This document shows, piece after piece, positions 18,396 to 29,289 of a stretch of 35,452 nucleotides of DNA. Position numbers and translations under genes: made by a program. This stretch comes from Burkholderiales bacterium. Lineage in GTDB: Bacteria; Pseudomonadota; Gammaproteobacteria; Burkholderiales; Casimicrobiaceae. A model generated the notes under the pieces. That model searched no databases. It was given only the letters and a program-made list of their open reading frames with translations, and was not told where the DNA came from. The DNA lies in contig JAICVH010000001.1 of NCBI GenBank assembly GCA_025935435.1, positions 1-35,452 on the forward strand, read 5' to 3'. The number at the start of each line of letters is the position of its first letter. Positions within the stretch are counted from its first letter, which is position 1.

Positions 18396-19430
18396 CTATT
18401 TCGGCAACGACTTCCCGTTATACCGCTTCGTCCACTCGGCAAGGATCTTGTCGCGGTTCTTCGCTTCCCAATCGAAGTCGTTCTTGATCAGGCGCTTCTC
18501 GTAGTCGGCGGGCATGAATTCGAGCGGTTTCGACATGCCCGGCATCGCAACGACGGCGAAGTTGTTGGCGAACAGCGCCATCGCCTCGGGCGTCGCGAGC
18601 CAGTCCATCAGCTTCTTCGCGGCGTCCATCTTCTTCGTGCCTTTGACGATGCCGCTCGCCTCGAGGTCCCACCCGAGTCCTTCGCTCGGAAAGACGATGT
18701 CGATCGGCGCTCCCGATTTCTTCGTCGCGACTGCGCGGTACTCGAAGGAGATGCCGATGGGAAATTCACCCGCGCCCGCCTGGCGGCACGGCTGCGAGCC
18801 CGAGTGCGTATAGACGCCGACATTCTCGTGCAGTGCATCCATGAATTTCCACGCATCCGCCTCACCCCACATCTGCAGCCAGCCGGCGACGTCGAGGAAG
18901 CCGGTGCCGGACGACGCCGGATTCGGCATGACGATCTTGCCCTTGTATACGGGCTTCGTCAGGTCCTTCCAGCTCGCCGGCTTCGGCAGGTTCTGCTTTT
19001 GTGCTTCGACGGTGTTGAAGCAGACGGCGGCACCGTAGATGTCCATGCCGACCCAGCGCGGCGGGTTCTGCGTGTCACGGTACGCTGCCGGGATCTTGTC
19101 GACGCCCTTGGGCGCGTACGGCTCGAGCATCCCCTCGAGTGCGAACACGGCAAGACTCGATGCGGACGTTCCGATGATGATGTCGGCCTGCGGATTGGCC
19201 TTCTCCGCCAGGATCTTCGCGGTGATGACGCCGGTCGAATCGCGGGTGAATTTGAGCTCGACGTCCGGGTACGCCTTGTTGAACGCCGCCTCGTATGCCT
19301 TGATCTGATCGGTCTCGAGTGCGGTGTAAACGTTGAGTTGCGTCTTCTGCGCGGCGACCTGCGCTGCGCCGAGCGCGAATCCGATTCCCGCGACTGCCGA
19401 CCACCAACGCAAGCGCTGCTGCGATGCCAT
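18396..19430 (-). CDS. phnS: AEP ABC transporter substrate-binding protein (PhnS2/AepX-like)
   Basis: Signal peptide; VYTALE, RDSTGVITAK, PNPASSGTG, YTHSGS, GLGWDLEA; GAGGAG RBS; context next to phnW/phnA/phnY. Confidence 0.87.
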   Translation of the reverse strand: MASQQRLRWWSAVAGIGFALGAAQVAAQKTQLNVYTALETDQIKAYEAAFNKAYPDVELKFTRDSTGVITAKILAEKANPQADIIIGTSASSLAVFALEGMLEPYAPKGVDKIPAAYRDTQNPPRWVGMDIYGAAVCFNTVEAQKQNLPKPASWKDLTKPVYKGKIVMPNPASSGTGFLDVAGWLQMWGEADAWKFMDALHENVGVYTHSGSQPCRQAGAGEFPIGISFEYRAVATKKSGAPIDIVFPSEGLGWDLEASGIVKGTKKMDAAKKLMDWLATPEAMALFANNFAVVAMPGMSKPLEFMPADYEKRLIKNDFDWEAKNRDKILAEWTKRYNGKSLPK

Positions 19431-19601
19431 CGTATGCTCCTCGTTTGTGACGTTGGGCGAATGTCGCCGGCCGGTCGAACCAGCCGGTCGTTGTTACCAA
19501 AACTCGCGGATGCTACGCGCGAACGACGCGACGGCGCAATGGCGTCGACGCGCTTTCATCACGCATCCAGTCGCATCGTCGTTCCTGCGCTTTCGACCGA
19601 T

Positions 19602-19644
19602 TGCAGATTGTTGACAATCTACACGCTGCATCGTCTAATGGCAA
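19602..19644. promoter_or_regulatory. Palindromic GntR-type operator overlapping two divergent sigma70-like promoters
   Basis: AGATTGT-TG-ACAATCT (19605-19620). Plus strand TTGACA(19611-16)-N17-TCTAAT(19634-39); minus strand TTGCCA(19644-39)-N17-TAGATT(19621-16). Confidence 0.72.
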
Positions 19645-19645
19645 C

Positions 19646-21687
<2,042 letters not shown>

Positions 21688-21700
21688 CGCCGGATTCTCG

Positions 21701-23161
21701 ATGCTAACCGCGGCTGCCTCCGCACCGGCCGTACGCGCCGCCCCACGCGCTGAAGCGATGCGCATTGCCGGCGAGCGCGTGCATGCCGCGCGCACGCTGG
21801 AAGTCTTCAATCCGTATACGAACGACGTGGTCGGCACGGTACCGCGCGCGTCGATCGATGACGTTCGCCGCGCGTTTGCCATCGCACGTGCGTACAAGCC
21901 GCGGCTCACGCGCTTCGAGCGTTACGAGATCTGCCGCCGCGCAAGCGAGCTGATCCGGAACCGGGCCACCGAGCTGTCGGCGCTCATCACCGCCGAGTGC
22001 GGGATCTGCGTCAAGGATTCGCTTTACGAGGTTGGACGTGCCTGCGACGTGTTCACGTTCGCAGGGAACGCAGCGTTGCAGGATGACGGCCAGGTGTTTT
22101 CGTGCGATCTCACGCCGCACGGGAAGTCGCGCAAGGTTTACACGCTGCGCGAGCCGTTGCTGGGTGTCATCTCCGCGATCACGCCATTCAACCATCCACT
22201 GAACCAGGTCGCGCACAAGATCGCACCGTCGATCGCCACCAACAATCGGATGGTGCTGAAGCCGACCGAAAAGACGCCGTTGTCCGCGCTCGTTCTTGCC
22301 GACATCCTGTACGAAGCCGGGCTGCCGCCGCCGATGCTGTCGATCGTCACCGGCGACCCGCGCGAAATCGCCGACGAGATGCTCGTCAATCCCGACGTCG
22401 ACCTGGTCACGTTCACCGGCGGCGTCGCCGTCGGCAAGTACATCGCGGGCAAGGCCGTCTACAAGCGGCAAGTCCTCGAACTCGGCGGCAACGACCCGAT
22501 CATCGTGATGGAGGATGCCGACATCGACGAGGCGGCCACGCTTGCGGCAGTCGGTTCCTACAAGAATTCGGGCCAGCGTTGCACGGCGGTGAAACGAATG
22601 CTCGTGCACGAGCGCGTCGCCGATGCGTTCGTCGAGCGACTGCTCGCGCGGACGCGCGCATGGACCTACGGCAATCCCGCCGACCCGAAGGTCGACATGG
22701 GTACGGTGATCGACGAAGCCGCCGCGGTCACCTTTCAGTCGAAAGTGCGCGCGGCCATCGAACAGGGTGCGGCGCTGCTCGCTGGCAACGAGCGCCAAGG
22801 CGCGCTCTATTCGCCGACGGTCCTCGACCGTGTTACGCCCGACATGGACGTCGTGCGCACCGAGACGTTCGGCCCCGTGTCACCGGTCATTCGCATCAAG
22901 GACATCGACGACGCGATCCGCGTGTCGAACGGCACCGCGTATGGATTGTCGTCGTCCGTCTGCACGAACCGGCTCGACTACATCACCCGCTTCGTGAGCG
23001 AGCTGCAGGTGGGTACGGTCAACGTGCGCGAAGTGCCGGGCTATCGCCTCGAGCTGACGCCGTTCGGCGGCATCAAGGACTCCGGACTCGGATACAAGGA
23101 AGGTGTGCAGGAAGCGATGAAAAGCTTCACCAACGTCAAGACGTATTCGCTGCCCTGGTAG
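21701..23161 (+). CDS. phnY: Phosphonoacetaldehyde dehydrogenase
   Basis: ALDH fold with [44 protein letters not shown]; directly after phnA. Confidence 0.94.
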   Translation: MLTAAASAPAVRAAPRAEAMRIAGERVHAARTLEVFNPYTNDVVGTVPRASIDDVRRAFAIARAYKPRLTRFERYEICRRASELIRNRATELSALITAECGICVKDSLYEVGRACDVFTFAGNAALQDDGQVFSCDLTPHGKSRKVYTLREPLLGVISAITPFNHPLNQVAHKIAPSIATNNRMVLKPTEKTPLSALVLADILYEAGLPPPMLSIVTGDPREIADEMLVNPDVDLVTFTGGVAVGKYIAGKAVYKRQVLELGGNDPIIVMEDADIDEAATLAAVGSYKNSGQRCTAVKRMLVHERVADAFVERLLARTRAWTYGNPADPKVDMGTVIDEAAAVTFQSKVRAAIEQGAALLAGNERQGALYSPTVLDRVTPDMDVVRTETFGPVSPVIRIKDIDDAIRVSNGTAYGLSSSVCTNRLDYITRFVSELQVGTVNVREVPGYRLELTPFGGIKDSGLGYKEGVQEAMKSFTNVKTYSLPW

Positions 23162-23167
23162 GTCGCA

Positions 23168-24883
23168 GTGCAAACACTGCTCAACCTGCTGGCCGGCGTA
23201 TCGCTCCTCGTGTGGGGCACGCACATCGTGCGCACGGGCATCCTGCGCATGTACGGCGGCGACCTCCGCCGCGTGCTGCGCCGGAGCGTCTCGCACCGTG
23301 CCTCGGCGTTTTTCGCCGGGCTCGGCGTCACCGGGTTGATCCAGAGCAGCACGGCGACGGCGTTGATCGTCGCGTCGTTCGCGGGTCAGGGCATCATCGG
23401 CACCGCGCCAGCACTCGCCGTCATGCTGGGTGCGGACGTCGGCACGGCGCTCGTTACCGTACTGCTGTCGTTCGACCTGTCGTGGCTTGCGCCGCTTCTG
23501 ATCTTCACCGGCATCGTGCTGTTCCTGTCCGCGCAGGCCGGCGCCGCCGGGCGCTTTGGCCAGATCCTGATCGGGCTCGGCTTGATCATGTTCGCGCTGC
23601 AATGGATTTCCGTCGCCGCGCAGCCGGTCGTCAAGGCCGCTGGCGTGCAGGTGATTTTTGCGTCCCTGACCGGCGATGTGCTGCTCGACATGCTCGTCGC
23701 AGCGCTGTTCACCGTGCTTTGCTATTCGAGCCTCGCCGTCGTGTTGCTCGTCGCGACGCTCGCGTCGCTGCATGTCATCGCGTTGCCGGTTGCGCTCGGT
23801 CTCGTGCTCGGTGCGAATCTCGGCAGCGGCCTCCTCGGCATGTTGTCGACGCTCCGCGCAACGCCGGAAGCACGTCGCGTGACGCTCGGCAACTTCATCT
23901 TCAAGGTGATCGGCTGCGTGCTCGCGATTCCGCTCGTCGGTCACCTCGAAAACTGGATCGCCGGTCTTGCGATCGACCCTGCGCGCGAGGTGGTGCTGTT
24001 CCATTTGATGTTCAACATCGCGCTCGCGCTGCTGCTGGTGTTCTGGACCGAGCGCATCGCGCGCGTCGCCGAACGCATGTTGCCGGCCCGCCCCTCCTCC
24101 GAGGATCCGGCCAAGCCACGCCATCTCGATCCATCGGCGCTCGACACGCCCGGGCTCGCGATCGCCTGCGCCGCGCGCGAGGCAATGCGCATCGGTGACG
24201 TGATCGAACAGATGCTCGCGGGCATGCTAACCGTGCTTACGACGAACGACCGGACGCTCGCGGAGCGGTTGCGCCGGATGGACGATGTCGTCGACCAGCT
24301 CTATACGGCGGTGAAGCTGTACCTGACGCAGATTCCGCGAGAAGCACTCGAGCAGCGCGAAGGTCGTCGCTGGGCGGACATCGTCTCGTTCGCTATCAAC
24401 ATGGAACAGGTCGGCGACATCATCGAGCGCATTCTCACCGACGTCGAGGACAAGAAGATCGACAAAGGCCGCAATTTCTCCGGCGCCGGTATGGCGGAAA
24501 TCTGCGACCTGCACGCGCGGCTGATCGCCAACCTGCGGCTCGGATTGTCGGTATTCCTGAACGGCGACCTCAAGCACGCGCAGGAACTGCTCGCACAGAA
24601 GGTGCTGTTCCGCGACCTCGAGCGCGCGTATGCGAACTCGCACCTTGGCCGACTCGCCGGCAACACGCTCGAAAGCATCGAGACGTCGTCGCTGCACCTC
24701 GACCTGATCTCCGACCTGAGGCGCATCAATTCGCACATCTGCTCGATCGCCTACCCGATCCTCGAGGAAGCCGGCGTGCTCGCGCATACGCGCCTGAAGA
24801 CGCAGGAGCCCGCTCCGCCCGCGACCGAAGCCGTCGCGAACGAGGGTGCGACGTGGCAGAAGCGAAAGCCCAAGACCGCATGA
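23168..24883 (+). CDS. Na+/Pi cotransporter family protein with C-terminal PhoU-like domains (YjbB/NptA-like)
   Basis: IQSSTAT, LGADVGT, YSSLA, LGANLGS; soluble C-terminus with NMEQVGD and ETSSLHLDLISDLRRINSH. Confidence 0.9.
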   Translation: MQTLLNLLAGVSLLVWGTHIVRTGILRMYGGDLRRVLRRSVSHRASAFFAGLGVTGLIQSSTATALIVASFAGQGIIGTAPALAVMLGADVGTALVTVLLSFDLSWLAPLLIFTGIVLFLSAQAGAAGRFGQILIGLGLIMFALQWISVAAQPVVKAAGVQVIFASLTGDVLLDMLVAALFTVLCYSSLAVVLLVATLASLHVIALPVALGLVLGANLGSGLLGMLSTLRATPEARRVTLGNFIFKVIGCVLAIPLVGHLENWIAGLAIDPAREVVLFHLMFNIALALLLVFWTERIARVAERMLPARPSSEDPAKPRHLDPSALDTPGLAIACAAREAMRIGDVIEQMLAGMLTVLTTNDRTLAERLRRMDDVVDQLYTAVKLYLTQIPREALEQREGRRWADIVSFAINMEQVGDIIERILTDVEDKKIDKGRNFSGAGMAEICDLHARLIANLRLGLSVFLNGDLKHAQELLAQKVLFRDLERAYANSHLGRLAGNTLESIETSSLHLDLISDLRRINSHICSIAYPILEEAGVLAHTRLKTQEPAPPATEAVANEGATWQKRKPKTA

Positions 24884-25010
24884 GCCCGGCGGGCGAGGCG
24901 GCACGCCGAGCCGAGGCCCGCAGGGGGCGGCGCCGGGCGATTGCGGGAGGCCGACACGCCGGCTGTAGCGCGTCGTCGACCGCACAAGGAGGCCGAGGCA
25001 TGGCACGTTG

Positions 25011-25859
25011 ATGCCCGAGCTGTCGCTCGGCATAACGCTCGCCGTTATTGGCGCCGGTCTGCTGCACGCGAGCTGGAACGCGCTGCTCAAAAGCGCGCCA
25101 GGCGGCGATCCGATGCTCGATACCGCATCGGTCGTTGCCGGTTCGTCGGTATGGGCATTGATCGTATTGCCGTTCGTTCCCTGGCCTGATCCCGCCGCGT
25201 GGAAATTCGTCGCGTTGTCGTCGACGATCCACTTCGCGTACTACATCACGCTTGCACACGCGTATCGAATGGGCGACTTGTCGTTCGCTTATCCACTGAT
25301 GCGCGGCACGGCACCGCTGATCGTCACGGTGCTCGGCATCGTATTCCTGCACGAGTTGCCGACGGCGCACGTCGCGGTCGGTATCGTGCTGATCTGCGCG
25401 GGCATCGTCAGCATCGCGTTCATCCGCCGCGAACGTCACCCGCCCGCCGCGGCTGGCTGGGCGTTCGCGAATGCGGCGGTGATCGCGCTCTACACACTGA
25501 CCGACGCCGCCGGCGCGCGCGCGTCGGGCAATGCAGCGTCGTACGTCACATGGCTGATCTTCCTCGAGGGACTGCCCTTCATCGCCTGGATCGTCTGGCG
25601 GCGCGGCCGTTCCGCGATCGATTACCTCGGACGCGGCTGGCGGCGAGGCCTGCTTGGTGGCGCGTGCAGCCTCGCGGCGTACGCCATCGTCTTGTACGCG
25701 ATGACGCGTGCGCCCGTGGCGGCGGTCGCCGCGCTTCGTGAAACCTCCGTGCTGTTCGCCGCGTTGATCGGCGCGGTCTGGCTGAAGGAGGGCTTCGGAC
25801 CGATGCGCCTCGCGGGCGCGGCGAGTGTCGTCGTCGGCGTGGCAGCACTCAAGCTATGA
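25011..25859 (+). CDS. EamA/DMT transporter, phosphonate-cluster-associated type
   Basis: LHASWNALLK, AYRMGDLSFAYPLMRG, IALYTLTD, ALRETSVLF; ATG 25011 (ORF track uses TTG 25008). Confidence 0.85.
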   Translation: MPELSLGITLAVIGAGLLHASWNALLKSAPGGDPMLDTASVVAGSSVWALIVLPFVPWPDPAAWKFVALSSTIHFAYYITLAHAYRMGDLSFAYPLMRGTAPLIVTVLGIVFLHELPTAHVAVGIVLICAGIVSIAFIRRERHPPAAAGWAFANAAVIALYTLTDAAGARASGNAASYVTWLIFLEGLPFIAWIVWRRGRSAIDYLGRGWRRGLLGGACSLAAYAIVLYAMTRAPVAAVAALRETSVLFAALIGAVWLKEGFGPMRLAGAASVVVGVAALKL

Positions 25860-28297
25860 CGGAAACCTCGCTACCCTCGAGTGCGCGCGTTGTCGTCGTC
25901 GGCGGCGGCATCGCCGGTGTTTCCACGGCGTATCACCTGACGAAGTTCGGTATCACCGACGTCGTGCTTCTCGAGCAGGGTCGCCTCACCTGCGGCACGA
26001 CGTGGCATGCGGCCGGACTCGTCGGGCAGACGCGCGCGACGCGCAACGCAACGCGGATGAGCCGCTACGGTATCGACCTCTACGCATCGCTCGAGCAGGA
26101 AACGGGGCTCGCGACCGGCTGGAAGCAATGCGGCAGCGTCAATGTCGCGAAAACGCGCGAACGCCTGCAACTGATGCGCCGCCAGATGGCGCGTGCACAG
26201 AGCTTCGGCGTGGAATTCGAGTGGCTGTCCGCCGCCGGTGTCGCGACGCGGGTGCCATTGCTGCGGACGGATGATCTCGCTGGCGGCGTGTGGATTCCCG
26301 GCGACGGCAAGGCGAACCCGACCGATCTCGCACAATCGCTCGCCAAAGGCGCGCGTAGCCGAGGCGCTCGAATTTTCGAGCAGACACAGGTGACGGCGGT
26401 TCGCACGCAAAATCGGCACGTCGCGGGCATCGCGTGGCAGCGCGGAGACGAACGCGGCCAAATCGTGTGTGAAGCGCTCGTCAATTGCACCGGGCAATGG
26501 GCGCGCGAGTTCGGCGCGATGGCGGGCGTCGCCGTACCGCTGCAATCCGCCGAGCACTTCTACATCGTCACCGAGCCGATCGAAGGCGTCACGCCGGCGC
26601 TACCCGTGATCCGCGATCCCGACGGGTTCATCTACTTCAAGGAGGAAGTCGGCGGCGTCGTCATGGGTGGCTTCGAGCCCGTCGCGAAGCCGTGGAACGT
26701 CGAGCGCATTCCCGATCGCTTCGAGTTCCAGCTGTTGCCGGAGGACTGGGATCAATTCGAAGTGCTGATGCAAAACGCGCTGCACCGGATGCCGGCGCTC
26801 GAAACCGCGCAGGTCAAGCTGCTGCTGAACGGTCCTGAGAGCTTCACGCTCGACGGCAATTTTCTGCTCGGCGAAGCACCCGAGGTCGGCGGGTATTTCG
26901 TGTGCGCGGGGTTCAACTCGGCCGGCATCGCCAATTCGGGCGGTGCCGGGCGGTTGATCGCCGAGTGGCTCGTCGCCGGCGAACCTCCTTTCGACGTTTG
27001 GGACGTGGATATTCGCCGCTTCGGGGCGCTCCATGTCAATCGGCGTCATCTCGCCGATCGAACCGTCGAAACGCTCGGGCTGCATTACGCGATGCGCTGG
27101 CCGCGTGAAGAGCTCGTGACCGTACGGCCGCTACGTCGCTCGCCGCTCTACGACCGGCTGCGCGCGAAGCGTGCCGTGTTCGGCACCAAGCTCAACTGGG
27201 AGAGGGCGAACTATTTCCTGCCCGACGGCGCGGCGGAGCCACCGCCGACGCTGGACACGCCCGGCTGGCTGCCGTACGTGCTCGACGAGCAGCGCGCGTG
27301 CCGCGAGGACGTCGTCGTGTTCGATCAGACGTCGTTCGCGAAATTCGTGCTCAAGGGTCGCGACGCGCTGCAGGTGCTGGAACGGCTGTGCGCGAACCGC
27401 ATCGACGTCGACGTCGGCCGCATCGTCTATACGGCGCTGCTGAATGCGCGCGGCGGTTTCGAAAGCGATCTCACGATCACGCGCATCGCGGCCAACGAGT
27501 TCTTCATCCTGACCGGCTCCGCGCAGGCGACGCGCGACTTCGCATGGATCGAGCGCCACATCCGCGCCGACGAGCACGCAGCGCTCGTCGACGTGACGAG
27601 CGCTTACTCGGTCATTTCATTGATGGGACCGCGCGCCGAGCCGCTTTTGCATGCGCTGTCGCGCGACGATTTCTCGAGCGCGGCGTTCCCGTTCGCGACG
27701 ACGCGCATCGTCGACGTCGGATACGCGCGCGTGCGTGCAGCGCGCATGAGTTACGTCGGCGGGCCTGGTTACGAGCTGTACGTCGCGACCGACCAGTGCG
27801 CGACGCTCTACGATGCATTGTGCGAGGCCGGCGCGGCGTTGGCTCTGCGCGATGCCGGGTACTACACGATCGACGCGCTTCGCATCGAAGCGGGCCGGCG
27901 GGCGTGGGGCGCCGAGCTCTCCCCCGATGAAACGCCGCTCGAAGCGGGGCTCGTCTATGCAGTCGCGCTCGGCAAGCCCGCCGATTTCATCGGTCGTGAA
28001 GCGTTGCTGCGCCAGCAGGCGCGCGGCGTCGGCAAGCGGCTCGTGCAGTTCACGCTGAGCGATCCCTCCGCATTCGCATGGGGTGGTGAACCCATCATCA
28101 TGGACGGACGCTACGTCGGCGAGCTGACGTCGGCGGGCTACAGTCGAAAGCTTGGTCGCACCGTTGGATTCGGCTACGCTCGATCACCCGATGCCGACAC
28201 ACCGCTATCCGATGCGATGATCGATGGCGCGCGTTACGCGATCGACATCGCCGGCACCCTGCATGACGCGACCGTGCACCGCCAGACGATTCGGTGA
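25856..28297 (+). CDS. GcvT-family FAD/folate-dependent oxidoreductase (dimethylglycine/sarcosine dehydrogenase-like)
   Basis: 813 aa; GGGIAG dinucleotide fold, GTTWHAAGL (His used for covalent FAD in this family), EHFYIVT, NGPESFT; C-terminal aminomethyltransferase domain (FESDLT, SYVGGPGYEL, ALRIEAG). Confidence 0.9.
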   Translation: MTETSLPSSARVVVVGGGIAGVSTAYHLTKFGITDVVLLEQGRLTCGTTWHAAGLVGQTRATRNATRMSRYGIDLYASLEQETGLATGWKQCGSVNVAKTRERLQLMRRQMARAQSFGVEFEWLSAAGVATRVPLLRTDDLAGGVWIPGDGKANPTDLAQSLAKGARSRGARIFEQTQVTAVRTQNRHVAGIAWQRGDERGQIVCEALVNCTGQWAREFGAMAGVAVPLQSAEHFYIVTEPIEGVTPALPVIRDPDGFIYFKEEVGGVVMGGFEPVAKPWNVERIPDRFEFQLLPEDWDQFEVLMQNALHRMPALETAQVKLLLNGPESFTLDGNFLLGEAPEVGGYFVCAGFNSAGIANSGGAGRLIAEWLVAGEPPFDVWDVDIRRFGALHVNRRHLADRTVETLGLHYAMRWPREELVTVRPLRRSPLYDRLRAKRAVFGTKLNWERANYFLPDGAAEPPPTLDTPGWLPYVLDEQRACREDVVVFDQTSFAKFVLKGRDALQVLERLCANRIDVDVGRIVYTALLNARGGFESDLTITRIAANEFFILTGSAQATRDFAWIERHIRADEHAALVDVTSAYSVISLMGPRAEPLLHALSRDDFSSAAFPFATTRIVDVGYARVRAARMSYVGGPGYELYVATDQCATLYDALCEAGAALALRDAGYYTIDALRIEAGRRAWGAELSPDETPLEAGLVYAVALGKPADFIGREALLRQQARGVGKRLVQFTLSDPSAFAWGGEPIIMDGRYVGELTSAGYSRKLGRTVGFGYARSPDADTPLSDAMIDGARYAIDIAGTLHDATVHRQTIR

Positions 28298-28360
28298 TGC
28301 CGCGACCGCGATTACGCGACTGCGGGTAGACTTCGTGCCGTTGCAATTGCGCGCCTTCCC

Positions 28361-29200
28361 ATGACCGTCATCCATCGCCTTGCTCCGCCGGCGCGCCGCG
28401 GCCGCACGCCGTCCCGGCCGGGCGTGGAGACCGCGCAAGTGCAAAGCCTGACGCGCGGGCTGTCCATTCTCGAATGCCTCGCGCGCGCCGAAGGCGGACT
28501 GACGCTCACCGACATCAGCGTTCGCGTCGAACTGGCGCCTTCGACGACGCACCGGCTGCTGTCGACGCTGGAAAAGATGGGTTACGTGTTTCAGGCCGGT
28601 GACCTTGGTCGCTGGTATGTCGGGTTGCAGGCGTTCACCGTCGGGTCGAGCTTTCTCGCCAACCGCGACTTCGCCACACAAAGCCACGCGTACATGCGGC
28701 GTCTGATGGAGCAGTCGGGCGAGACTGCCAACCTCGCCATTCTCGACGGCACCGAGGCGGTGTTCATCGACCAGGTGCAATGCCGCGAAACGATGCGCAC
28801 GATCGTCAAGCTCGGCAGTCGTGTGCCGCTGCATGCGTCCGGCGTCGGCAAGGCGATTTTCGCATCGCTGCCGGACGATCAGATCGATGCCTTGCTGAAG
28901 GTCAAGGGACTGCCGCGCATCACCGAGAACACGATCACATCGCCCGAAACGATGTGGGCGAGCATCCGGGTGATTCGCCAGCGCGGCTGGTCGTTCGATG
29001 ACGAGGAGCACCTGCCCGGCACGCGTTGCGTCGCCGCGCCGATCTATGACGAGCACGAGGAACCGCTCGGCGCCATTTCACTGGCCGGACCGTCCACCCG
29101 GCTGACCGATCAGCGCATCAAGCAGCTCGGCCCGGTCGTATCGCACATCGCCGAAGAGATCACACGCCGCCTGGGCGGGCGGTGGCCGCACCCGCACTGA
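28361..29200 (+). CDS. iclR: IclR-family regulator closely resembling the glyoxylate-shunt repressor IclR
   Basis: QVQSLTRGL, PSTTHRLL, AFTVGSSFL, LMEQSGETAN, IDQVQC, PLHASGVGKA, DDEEH. Family is secure; orthology to iclR is from recalled similarity. Confidence 0.75.
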   Translation: MTVIHRLAPPARRGRTPSRPGVETAQVQSLTRGLSILECLARAEGGLTLTDISVRVELAPSTTHRLLSTLEKMGYVFQAGDLGRWYVGLQAFTVGSSFLANRDFATQSHAYMRRLMEQSGETANLAILDGTEAVFIDQVQCRETMRTIVKLGSRVPLHASGVGKAIFASLPDDQIDALLKVKGLPRITENTITSPETMWASIRVIRQRGWSFDDEEHLPGTRCVAAPIYDEHEEPLGAISLAGPSTRLTDQRIKQLGPVVSHIAEEITRRLGGRWPHPH

Positions 29201-29289
29201 ACGGGCCGCGCTGCGCGAAGCGGCGCGCTAAAGCGTGCATGTCCGCTGCTATGCGTCGACCCGCTCTTGGTCGACATCCGTGCGCGCCG

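Noticed and set aside
19441-19455. Possible Pho box (gtcacaaa on the minus strand) before phnS
   Set aside because: Single half-site next to the RBS, with no 11-bp tandem repeat.
22102-24198. 698-aa plus-strand ORF overlapping phnY and the Na/Pi gene
   Set aside because: Alternative frame of two well-supported genes; low-complexity Arg/Ala/Pro composition.
25856-28297. Glycine cleavage T protein or glyphosate oxidoreductase
   Set aside because: Too long for GcvT and carries an N-terminal FAD domain; no gcvH/gcvP nearby; nothing in the sequence points specifically to glyphosate.
29201-29289. Hairpins between iclR and nagZ as intrinsic terminators
   Set aside because: Short GC stems without a U-tract on either strand.
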